A stretch of 64,000 bases of DNA, taken from the NCBI GenBank assembly GCA_030390025.1, contig CM059432.1, forward strand, positions 112,346,001-112,410,000, in the 5' to 3' direction. Under the pieces are notes generated by a model. The model had not been told where the DNA came from. It worked only from the letters and a program-made list of their open reading frames with translations, and searched no databases. Source of the DNA: Squalus acanthias. Lineage: Eukaryota. The position numbers and the translations under genes were made by a program. Positions 25,640-36,699 of the stretch are shown here, one piece after another. Each line of letters begins with the position of its first letter. The stretch's first letter is position 1.

Positions 25640-27625
25640 TAACATATAAATAGTAAAAGGATAGTCAAAGGAAGCGTGGGGCTGATTCGGGACCAAAAAG
25701 ATCATATTGTGGAAGCAGAGAGCATAGCTGGGGTACTAATTGAGTACTTTGCATCTGTCTTCACAAATGAAGAGGAAGCTGCCAATGTTACAGTAAAGGA
25801 GGAGGCAGTAGAGAAATTGGATAGGATAAAAATAGATAAAGAGGAGGAAGCATTAAAAGGATGACAGTGCTCAAAGTAGAAAAGTTACCTTGCCCGGATA
25901 GGATGCATCCTAGGTTGCTAATGGAATTAAGGGTGGAAATAGCAGAGGCTTTAGCCACAATCTTTCAGTCCTCTTTGGATATGGGAGTGGAGCCAGAGGA
26001 CTGGAGGGTTGCAAATGTTACACCCCTGTTCAGAAAAGAGGGTGAGGGATAAACCCAGGAACTACAGGCCAGTCAGCCTAACGTCGATGGTAGGGAAACT
26101 TTTAGAGACAGTAATTCGGGACAAAATTATTTGTCACTTGGAAAAACTTGGGTTCATAAATGACAGCCAGCACGGATTTGTTAAAGGCAAATCGTGTCTG
26201 ACAAACTTGATTGAATTTTTTGAAGAGGTAACAGAGAGAGTAGACAATGGTAATGCAGTAGATATAATTTAACTAGATTTTCAAAAGGCCTTCGATAAGG
26301 TACACCATAATGGACTAATGAATAAGGTCAGAGAATGCGGAGTCAGGGGATAAGTAGCAGAATGGATTGCTAGCTGGCTTCAAGACAGAAAGCAGAGAGT
26401 GGGAGTAAAGGGTAGCTATTCACAGTGGCAGAAGGTGGGTAGTGATGTTCCACAAGGATCAGTGCTGGGACCACTGCTGTTCCCAATTTACATTAACGAT
26501 TTAGACTTTGGAACCAAAAACACAATTTCTAAATTTGCGGGTGATACCAAATTGGGGGGGATAGTCAATACTGAGGAGGACTGCAACAAATTACAGGAGG
26601 ATATTAATAAACTTGCAGAATGGGCAAACAATTGGCAAATGAAGTTCAACACATATAAATGTGAGGTATTACATTTTGGTAGGAAGAATAGGGAGGTCAC
26701 TTATCAGTTGGAGGGTGCGAGTCTAGGTGGGGTAGAAGAACAAAGGCTTCTCTGAGTACAAATACACAAATCACTAAAAGTTGCGCCACAGGTTAGCAAG
26801 GCCATGAAAAAAGCAAACCAAGCACTAGGGTTTATTTCTAGAGGGATAGAATTGAAAAGTAGGGAAGTTATGCTAAACCTGTATCGAACCTTGGTTAGAC
26901 CACACTTAAGAGTACTGTGTACAGTTCTGGTCGCCATATTATAAAAAGAATTTAGAGGCACTGGAGAAGGTGCAGAGAAGATTTACAAGGATGATACCAG
27001 AAATGCGAGGGTATACATATCAGGAAAGGATGAACAGGCTGGGTCTCTGTTCTCTTGAAAAAAGAAGGCTGAGGGGTGATCTAATAGAGGTCTTTAAAAT
27101 TATGAAAGGTTTTGATAGAGTGGATACAGAGAAAATGTTTCCATTTGTGGGGAAGAGCATAACTAGGGGCCATCAATATAAGATAGTCACCAAGAAATCC
27201 AATTGGGAATTCAGAAGAAACTTCTTTACCCAAAGAGTGGTGAGGATGTAGAACTTGCTACCTCAGGAAGTGGTTGAAGCGAATAGTATAGATGCATTTA
27301 AGGGGAGGCTAGACAAGTGTATGAGGGAGAAGGGAATAGAGGGTTATGCTGATAGATTTAGATGAGGAAAGACGGAAGGAGGCTCGAGAGGAGCAGAAGC
27401 GCCGGCATGGACAGATTTAAGGTGATTGACAAAAGAACCAGAGGGGAGATGAGGAAACATTTTTTACACAGTGAGTTGTTGTGATCTGGAATGCACTGCT
27501 GAAAGGGTGGTGGAAGCAGATTCAATAGTAACTTTTGAAAGGGAATTGGATAAATACATGAAAAGGAAAAATTCGATAAGGTTCCACGTAAGAGACTGTT
27601 AACAAAAATGAGTGTCCATGGAATT
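25640..27625 (+). mobile_element. CR1 LINE (linker + RT + 3' UTR to ~27410) followed by two short CR1 fragments
   Basis: EYFASVFT, NYRPVSLTS, QHGFVKGKSCLTNL, VPQGSVLGP, RRNFFTQRVV. Confidence 0.92.
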
Positions 27626-27784
27626 GTTTCAAGAACCCTCGTTCAACAAGTAGTAGTTAACTCTGAATTTAAACTTCTACATACAGTGACAGGATTTTAG
27701 GTGATGATTTATTGTCCGGGAGAGAATTCTACAGCAGGATGCAAAATTTTACTGCTGGTGTTCTGAGCCCATTTCAGTTTGATA

Positions 27785-28656
27785 CAACAACAACTTGCAT
27801 TTATATAGCGCCTTTAACATAGTAAAAAGTCCTAAGGCGCTTCACAGGAGATTTATAAAAGAACATTTGGAGATACATAAGGAGATATTAGGACAGGTGA
27901 CCGGTCACAAAGCTAAGTTTTAAGGAGCATCTTAAAGGAGAAGAGAGAGCTAGAGAGCGGAGAGATTTAAGAAGGGATATCCAGAGCTTAGGGCCTAGGC
28001 AGCTGAAGGCACGGCCGGCAATGGTGGAGTGAAAAAATCAGGAATGCACAAGAGGCCTGAATTGGAGGAGTGCAGAGATCTCGGAGGGTTGTAGGGCTGG
28101 AGGGGGTGACAGAAATAGGGACAGGCGAGGCCACAGAGGGATTTGAAAAAAAGGATGAGAATTTTTTATTGAGGCATTTCCGGACCGGAAGCCGGTGTAG
28201 GTCCGCAAGCACTGGGGTGATGAGTGAACAGGTCTTTGTGCGAGTTAGGATATGGGCAGCAGAGTTTTCGATAAGTTTACGGAGGTGCAAGGTGGGAGGC
28301 CGCCCAGGAGAGCATTGGAATAGTCGAGTCTAGACGTAACAAAGGCATAGATGATGGTTTCAGCAGCAGATAAACTGAGGCAGGGTCGGAGATGGATGAT
28401 GTCACAGAGGTTGAAGTCGGCGGTTTTGGTGATAGAGCAAATATATAGTTGGAAGCTCATCTTAGGGTCAAATAGGATGCAAGGTTGCGAATGGTCTGGT
28501 TTAGCCTCAGACAGTGGCCAGGGAGCGGGATGGAGTTGGTGGCTAGGGAACGGAGTTTGTGGCGGGGACCGAAGACAATGACTTTGGCCTTCCCAATATT
28601 TAGTTGGAGGAAATTTCTGTTCATCCAGTACTGGATGTTAGACAAGCAGTCTGACA
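27785..28656 (-). mobile_element. L2 LINE 3' fragment
   Basis: WMNRNFLQLNIGK, FVTSRLDYSNALL, ITPVLADLHRLPV; tail GGCGCTATATAAATGCAAG(TTG)n. Confidence 0.92.
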
Positions 28657-29046
28657 AGGGGGCTGAGATTTTTTGCGTGGTGGGAAAGCCACGTGACATT
28701 CCTCTTGGCCTGCCAATCTTCAGAGGGACTTTCTGGCTTCCTAGCCTGGGGGGCTAGATATACCCCTAGTAACAGGGGTGCCCACCCAGTGCGTGGTAAA
28801 GAGGGAATGTCTGCCAGGCTGAGTAGAAGAAGACCAGTGGATGTATTCCCAATTGTTCATGCTGCCCTGTGGATTTCTGACGCTGAGTTTGTTATTTAGC
28901 TTTTGACTCCCAGTCTTACAAACATTAAGGTAGAAATAATTTAACATACTCCAGCAAATCCTTGTATCTGCCATACTGTATCTTGGCTTGCGTATGATCC
29001 TAGATAATTATACCACAAATGTTGCCTCCAGACTAATGGGTTATAC

Positions 29047-31436
29047 TTTTTTTTATTTATTCGTTCCTGGGATGTGGGTGTCACTGGCAAGGCCAGCATT
29101 TATTGCCCATCCCTAATTGCCATGGAGAAGGTGGTGGTGAGCCGCCCTCTTGAAACGCTGCAATCCGTGTGGTGAAGGTAGTCCCACAGTACTGTTAGGT
29201 AGGGAGTTCCAGGATTTTTTGAGACAGCGACGATGAAGGAATGGCAATATATTTCCAAGTCAGGATGGTGTGTAACTTGGAGGGGAACAAGCAGGTGATG
29301 GTGTTCCCATGCGTCTGCTGCCCTTGTCCTTCTAGGTGGTAGAGGTCGCGGGTTTGGGAGGTGCTGCCAAAGAAGCATTGGCGAGTTGCTGCAGTGCATC
29401 TTGTAGATGGTACACACTGCAGCCACGGTGCGCCGGTGGTGGAGGGTGTGAATGTTTAAGGTGGTGGATGGGGTGCCAATCAAGCGGGCTGCTTTGTCCT
29501 GGATGGTGTCGAGCTTCTTGAGTGTTGTTGGAGCTGCACTCATCCAGGCAAGTGGAGAGTATTCCATCACACTCCTGACTTGTGCCTTGTAGGTGGTGGA
29601 AATGCTTTGGGGAGTCAGCAGGTGAGACACTCGCCGCAGAATACCCAGCCTCTGACCTGCTCTTGTTGCCACAGTATTTATGTGGCTGGTCCAGTTAAGT
29701 TTCTAGTCATTGGTGACCCACAGGATGTTGATGGTGGGGGATTCGGAGATGGTAATGCCGTTGACTGTCAGGGGCGATGGTTAGACTCTCGCTTGTTGGA
29801 GATAGTCATTGCCTGGCACTTATGTTACTTGCCACTTATCAGCCCAAGCCTGAATGTCATCCAGGTCTTGCCGCGTTGGGCATGGACTGCTTCATTATCT
29901 GAGGAGTTGCGAATGGAACTGAACACTGTGCAATCATCAGCGAACATCCCCACTTGTGACCTTATGATGGAGGGATGGTCATTGATGAAGTTGCTGGGGT
30001 CTAGGACACTGCCCTGAGGAACTCCTGGGGCTGTGATGATTGACCTCCAACAACCCTAACTATCTTCCTTTTGTGCTAAGTATGACTCCAGCCATTGGAG
30101 TGTTTTCCCCCTGATACACACAGACTTCAATTTTACTAGGGCTCCTAGATGCCACACTTAGTCAAATGACGCCTTGATGTCAAGGCCAGTCACTCTCACC
30201 TCACCTCACCTCTGGAATTCAGCTCTTTTTTCCATGTTTGGACCAAGGCTGTAATGAGGTCTGGAGCCGAGTAGTTCTGGCAGAACCCAAACTGAGCATC
30301 GGTGAACAGGTTATTCGTGAGTATGTGCTGCTTATAGCATAGTCGTCGAGACACCTTCCATCACTTTGCTGATGCTTGAGAGTAGACTGATGGGGCGGTA
30401 ATTGGCCGGATTGTATTTGCCCTGCTTTTTGTGGACAGGACATACCTGGGCAGTTTTCCACATTGTCGGATAGATGCCAGTGTTGTAGCTGTACTGGAAA
30501 GCTTGGCTAGAGGCACGGCTAGTTCTGGAGCACACGTCTTCAGCCAGTCGGGGCCCATAGCCTTTGCTGTATCCAGTGTGCTCAGCCATTTCTTGATATC
30601 ACGTGGAGTGAATCGAATTGGCTGAAGACTGTGATGGTGGGGACCTCAGGAGGAGGCCAATATAGATCATCCACTTGGAACTTCTAGCTGAAGATGGTTG
30701 CAAACGCTGCAGCTTTGACTTTTGCACACGCGTGCAGGGCTCTGCCATTGTTGAGGATGAGGAGCTTCCTCCTCCCATTAGTTGTTTAATTGTCCACAGA
30801 TCTGTCAGGACTACAGAGCTTTGATCTGATCCGTTGATTGCGGTATGGCTTAGCTGCTTCCACTGTTTAGCATGCATGTAGTCCTGTGTTGCAGCATCCC
30901 CAGGTTGGCACTTCATGTTTAGGTACACCTGGTGCTGCTCCTGGCATGCACTCCTTGTTGAACCAGGTTTGGTGGAATACAATTCTGTTGTTGTTGATGG
31001 CACCTCATGGATGCCCAGATTTGAGCTGCTAGATCTGTTCTGAATGATGGAGGGTATCCTCAGTGTGAGGACGGGACTTCATCTTCACAAGGACTGAATG
31101 CTGTTATGTCCTTCAGGACTCGGCCAGCAGTAGTGGTGTTATTGAGCCACTCTTGGTGATGGACATTGAAGTCCCGCCCGCCCGGAGTACATTCTGTGCC
31201 CTTGCTACTCTCAGTGCTTCTTCCAAGTGGTGTTCAACATGGAAGAGTACTGATCCATCAGCTGAGGGAGGGCGGTTGGTGGTAATCAGCAGGAAGTTTC
31301 CTTCCTATGGCCTGAAGCCATGAGACTTAATGGGGTCCGGAGTTAATGTTGAGGACTCCCAGGGCCGCTCCCTCCCGACTGTATACTACTGTGCCACCAC
31401 CTCTGGTGGGTCTGTTCTGTCGGTGGGACAGGACCG
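29047..31436 (-). mobile_element. CR1-group LINE of a second lineage (Zenon-like), endonuclease + RT, decayed
   Basis: RPTRGGGTVVY and GDFNVHHQEW (EN), NYRPISLLSSISKVME (RT), YKAQVRSVMEYSPLAW; tail GGGATGGGCAATAAATGCTGGCC..A-rich. The clade name is tentative. Confidence 0.88.
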
Positions 31437-31670
31437 GACCAGACCTGACAAGGACGGCAGAGTTCCTTCCCTAAAGGGCATTCTTGAACCAGATGGGTTT
31501 TTACAACAAGTTTCATGGTCACCATTACTGATTTTATTCCAGATTTATTTAATTAACTGAATTTAAATTCCCCAGCTGCCGTGGTGGGATTTGAACTCAA
31601 GTCTTCTGGATCATTAGTCCAGCCCTCTGGATTACTAGTCCAGTAACATAACCATTATGCTACTGTTCCT
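31437..31670 (-). mobile_element. tRNA-derived SINE head/body abutting the LINE 5' end
   Basis: A box TAGCATAATGG (31662-31652) and B box GTTCAAATC (31596-31588) on the minus strand. Confidence 0.8.
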
Positions 31671-31692
31671 GACATATTTGCTAGTATCTCCT

Positions 31693-31935
31693 GAGCAAGA
31701 AGAGCAGGGAGTTTTCCAAGTATCATGGTTAACATTCATTCCTCAACCCACACCACCAAAACATATTAACTGGTCTTTCATCTAATTGCTGTTTGTGGGG
31801 CCTTGCTGTGCGCATATTGGCTGCCATGTTTGCCTACAAAACTAGTGACCACACTTCAAAAATAATTTCTTAGTTGTAAAGCGCTTTGAGATGCCCTGAA
31901 GACATGAAAGGTACTATATAAATGCAAGTCTTTTA
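31693..31935 (+). mobile_element. Deu-domain SINE 3' half
   Basis: Colinear with 60960-61200 (GAAGAGCAGGGGAG..TTGCTGTTTGTGGG..GTAAAGCGCTTTGAGA). Confidence 0.85.
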
Positions 31936-33079
31936 TTATTTCAAATCTTGGGACGAATGCTGATGACATGGTGAGGTTGAGTGTTAAAAAGATCAGCATC
32001 ATATTTTAAATATACTATTATTTTGTGTTACTGTACTATACTAATGTGTGGTAGAAGATGACATAACCTGTAAAAATAATTTACAGAAAGTACACAAACT
32101 TGGGAGGTCAGGTTTATAAGCCTCATCTTCTCATCGTCACTTTGGAAATTAATTTTGCAGCTCCCGTTGCACCCTGGCAGCTATTCTATTAATCAGTAGC
32201 ACAAGTACACAGATTCTGTCCATGTCCTGTCTGATAGGGAGATATTTAGATGAATGGAATTTTATTGGGAATTCCAGAAGAAAGACCATAAGACAATCTT
32301 CAGCATTCTTGCATCTAACCTCCTAATGTGTTTTTAGACAGCAAAATATGATAGGGTCAGATTTGCTAAGTTTGATCAGGATTTCCAATGTTACATGTCT
32401 TCTGCAATGGTATTGTAACTCTTTAATATAGGACGATATGATTGAACAGGAAAATGTTCAAGGTAGAATAGTTGCACAATATAGAGCCCTTTTGGTGTCC
32501 AGTGGATCGAAAATACTGAGCAGGTTTTGCCAGAAAATAAACCGTATGCACAAAGATAATATCAGACTCTCCAGTGAAGTTATATCTATTACATGCTTTC
32601 AAAATGAATTTCCAGCACCGATGTGCTCCTGCTACCCAGCCAAGGCTACAACTTGAGGTGTTGGTGGGGAGGAGACTGCAGCCACGCAGGTATACCCCAG
32701 TGCAGCCTGATTTTAATTCCCAGGTAGAGGTTAGTGCATTAAAAGGCATCAGACTTTAAGCATATCATTGTCTGTTGCCCGTATAAGGCTACTTTCCCCT
32801 CTCAAGACTGTAAGGGCGCAAAATTGAAATCGGTAGCGCCTGTTGTTTGGGTGTTACGGATGCCGTTTGGGTACCAAAATGGTGTCCGATGTGCGCGCAC
32901 ACTTGTGGGGTGAATTGTGCTGGACGCCATATTGGTGAAGACGTTAGCGCATGCACAACTAACGTTCGCCGGAAGTATGCAGTGCAGGCAGATCATGACG
33001 TCAATCAATGCACAACACTGATTTGATGCCTGCGGTGCCATTTTGGAGCTCAACGCTCCTGCCAACGCCCTTTCTTCAC

Positions 33080-33763
33080 TGAAAGCAAACATGTAGGTGC
33101 AGCAAGCAGTTAGGAAGACAAATGGTATGTTGGCCTTCATTGCAAGAAGATTTGAGTACAGGAGCAAGGATGTCTTACTACAGTTATACAAGGCCTTGGT
33201 GAGACCACACCTGGAGTACTGTGTGCAGTTTTGGTCTCCTTATCTAAGAAAGGATATACTTGCCATAGAGGGAGTGCAGCGAAGGTTCACCAGACTGATT
33301 CCTGGGATGGCAGGACTGTCGTATGAGGAGAGATTGGGTCGACTAGGCCTGTATTCACTAGAGTTTAGAAGAATGAGAGGGGATCTCATTAAAACGTATA
33401 AAATTCTGACCGGGCTAGACAGACTGGATGCAGGGAGGATGTTTCCCCTGGCTGGGGGGTCTAGAACGAGGGGTCACAGTCTCAGGATACAGGGTAGGAC
33501 ATTTAGGACTGAAATGAGGAGAAATTTCTTCACTCAGAGGGTGGTGAACCTGTGGAATTCTCTACCACAGAAGGCTGTGGAGGCCAAGTCACTGAATATA
33601 TTTAAGAAGGAGATAGATAGATTTCTAGACACAAAAGGCATCAAGGGGTATGGAGAGAGAGCGGGAATATGGTATTGAGATAGAGGATCAGCCATGATCA
33701 TATTGAATGGCGGAGCAGGCTCGAAGGGCCGAATGGTCTACTCCTGCTCCTATTTTTCTATGT
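33080..33763 (+). mobile_element. CR1 3' fragment nested in the Harbinger B left arm
   Basis: ORF 33097-33678 is an uninterrupted CR1 C-terminus; TTCAC on both flanks (33075-33079, 33764-33768). Confidence 0.95.
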
Positions 33764-34009
33764 TTCACCTCGCACAGCTGAACACGCGTTCAGCAGCAGG
33801 AAGGACATCCCCCACTATTTAAAGGGATCATCCACTACTTACAGGTTAGTTGCTGGTTGATTTCTTCTGGCTGTTCCTACAATTCTACAAGTGTTTAGTG
33901 CTTTTTATTGTTGTTTACAGTTGCAAAAGTCTGCAAGGAATGCTGTGGCAGGTGCTGAAGGACTTTTTGCTGACTTCAAGGTTTCTGCTCAAACCACTTG
34001 CTGCTAAAC

Positions 34010-35178
34010 ATGGGTGCACCAGTAGTCATTCCCCTTGGAATACAGCATGACTTCGAGAATGAACAGAGGTCACGCAGAGCAGGACAAGCTGCTGGAAGAG
34101 GGAGGAGGAGGGAGAGGAGGAGGAGGGGGAGAAGGGCTCTCAGAAGGAGGCCATATCTGCCCAGGGTGTTCAGGGAGAAATTCTCCTACCTGAGCCTCAG
34201 TGAGGAACAATGTGTGAGACGTCTGTGCTTCAATAAGGTCATCCTCACTGAAATCTGCCACCTGCTGCAGCCACAACTGCAACCTCAGAGCAGGCTAAGG
34301 ACCGTATTGCCAGTGTTGGTGAAGCTGACCGTGGCTATGAACTTTGGTGCGTGGGCTCCTTCCAGGCTGGAGCTGGAGATATTTGCAGCATCTCGCAGTT
34401 TGCCATCCACTGTTGTGTAAGGGAGGTCACTGAGGCTCTGTATTCAAAGAGATCTGACTACACTTCATTCGCTCATGCCAGAGACAAGCAGGCGGAGTGA
34501 GCATGCAGCTTTGCTAGGATTGCAGGCTTCCCTATGGTGCAGGGTGCCATTGAATGTACGCACATCACTTTGCGGGTACCGCATGTCAACTCTGTCCTAT
34601 ACCAGAACCGAATGGCATTCCACTCCCTCAACGTCCAGCTGGTGTGTGACCATAGGCTGCGCATCATGCAGATCAATGCCCGGTATCCTGGCAGCAGTCA
34701 TGATGCCTTCATTCTGCGGTTGTCTGCTGTGCCAGCTGCATTTCAGCCACCACGGTAAACTAAAGGGTGGATACTGGGCGACAAGGGCTATCCGCTGACG
34801 ACTTGGCTCATGATTCCAGTACGAAACCCATGCACACGTGCATAGCATGCATACAATGAAAGCCATGCTGCCACACGAAATGTGATAGAGCAGACCATTG
34901 GTGTGTTGAAACAACCCTTCCGCTGCCTGGACCGCTCTGGAGGAGCCCTGCAGTACTCGGCAGAGTGGGCGTCAAGATTCGTGGTGGTCTGCTGCATGCT
35001 GCATAACCTTGCCATCATGAGGGCACAGCACTTGCCACCAGCCATACGGCGAGCAGCTGAGGAGCAGAAATGTGAGGTGGAGGAGGAGGAAGAGGATGAG
35101 GAAGGGAGGAGGCAACCTAGACAGCCCCTTTGTGCCTTGGTTGTTCGTGTAGAACTCATCCGATTGTGATACCAGTAA
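34010..35178 (+). pseudogene. Harbinger (HARBI1-like, DDE_Tnp_4) transposase, frameshifted and with stops
   Basis: GAIECTHI (first catalytic D now E), HSLNVQLVCD, YPGSSHDAFI, GWILGDKGYP, YNESHAATRNVIEQTIGVLKQPFRCL, CCMLHNL. Confidence 0.93.
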
Positions 35179-35613
35179 CCGCAACCAAAATTCCCCATTC
35201 ACCAAAAGTCCCGCACCTTCCCTTCCCTCTATCACTAACGGGAGGAGCAGAGAGTGGCGGTTCAGTGAGTACTTAAACTCACTTTCGCGGGCTTTTTTTC
35301 AAAGGCTTACCAATCTCACAGACCGGCGGCGGCGTTCCAGAGCCACGTCACGATTCAAAAAGTGACGCGAGCAAGAGGAAGCAGCTGATTGGGTGAGTAC
35401 GGCCAGGTGAGTATTTATACTGCTCTATAGTTTGACAGTTAAGGTTAATATTTTATAAAGTTTAGAAGGTCTGAATTTTGTGGTTATAGTTTCTAAGGCC
35501 TCTGTTGTGTAGCGGGGAGTGCTAGTAAACAAGGGCCCTTGAGTATAACATTTAATTGTAGTGTAATTGGTGGTATTGATTTGATTTAATTTAAATTAAT
35601 TAAAGGGTAAGTC

Positions 35614-36544
35614 ATGGCAGCACAGCTCGGCCCCGTGGTATGCTCCTCCTGCGCTATGTGGGAAATCAGGGACACTTCCTGTGTCCCTGACGACCATGTG
35701 TGCAGGATTTGTATCCAGCTGCAGCTACTGGCAGACCACATTGCGGCGCTGGAGCTGCAAATGGATGCATACTGGAGCATTCGCGATGCTGAGGACGTCG
35801 TGGATATCACGTTTAATGAGTTGGTCACACCGCAGGTAAAGGCTGCACAGGCAGGAAGGGAATAGGTGACCACCAGGCAGAGTAGTAGGCGCCGGCAGGT
35901 AGTGCAGGGGTCCCCTGTGGCCATCCCCCTCTCAAACAGATATACCACTTTGGATATTGTTGAGGGGGATGGCTTATCGGGGGAAGGCAGCAGCAACCAA
36001 CTTCCTGGCACAGGAGGGGAGGAAAAAGAGCGGGAGAGCTATAGTGATAGGGGATTCTATTGTAAGGGGAATAGATAGGCGTTTCTGCGGCCGCAAACGA
36101 GACTCCAGGATGGTATGTTGCCTCCTTGGTGCAAGGGTCAAGGATGTCTCGGAGTGGCTGCAGGGCATTCTGGAGGGGGAGGGTGAACAGCCAGTTGTCG
36201 TGGTGCATATAGGTACCAACAATATAGGTAAAAAACGGGATGAGGTCCTAAAAGCTGAATATAGGGAGTTAGGAGGTAAATTAAAAAATAGACCCTCAAA
36301 GGTAGTAATCTCAAGATTGCTACCAGTGCCACGTACTAGGCAGAGTAGAAATAGAAGGATATTTCAGATGAATACGTGGCTAGAAGAATGGTGCAAGGGG
36401 GAGGGATTCAAATTCCTGGGACATTGGAACCGGTTCTGGGGGAGGTGGGACCAGTACAAACTGGACGATTTGCACCTGGGCAGGACCGGGACCGATGTCC
36501 TAGGGGGAGTGTTTGCTAGTGCTGTTGGGGAGGGTTTAAACTAA
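35614..36544 (+). pseudogene. CR1 ORF1 (zinc finger/leucine zipper + SGNH esterase)
   Basis: CSSC..HVCRIC followed by heptad leucines; IGDSIVRG, HIGTNN, LDDLHL esterase blocks; one stop and one frameshift. Confidence 0.9.
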
Positions 36545-36699
36545 AATGGCAGGGGTTTGGGAACCTGTGCAGGGAGACAGAGGAAAGGGAAGCAAGGATA
36601 GAAACACAAGCCAGGAAGGAGAAAAGCAAAAGTGGAAGGCAGAGAAATCAAGGGTGTAAATCAAACATGGCCACAGGATACAATAATTCTAAATGGTCT

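Noticed and set aside
32432..32656. Host exon or 72-aa ORF after an acceptor-like TTTAATATAG
   Set aside because: No recognisable domain, weak donor, and no partner exons identified.
34010..35178. Domesticated HARBI1 gene
   Set aside because: Frameshift, stops, an altered first catalytic residue, a transposon terminus and a paralogous copy nearby all point to a dead transposon.
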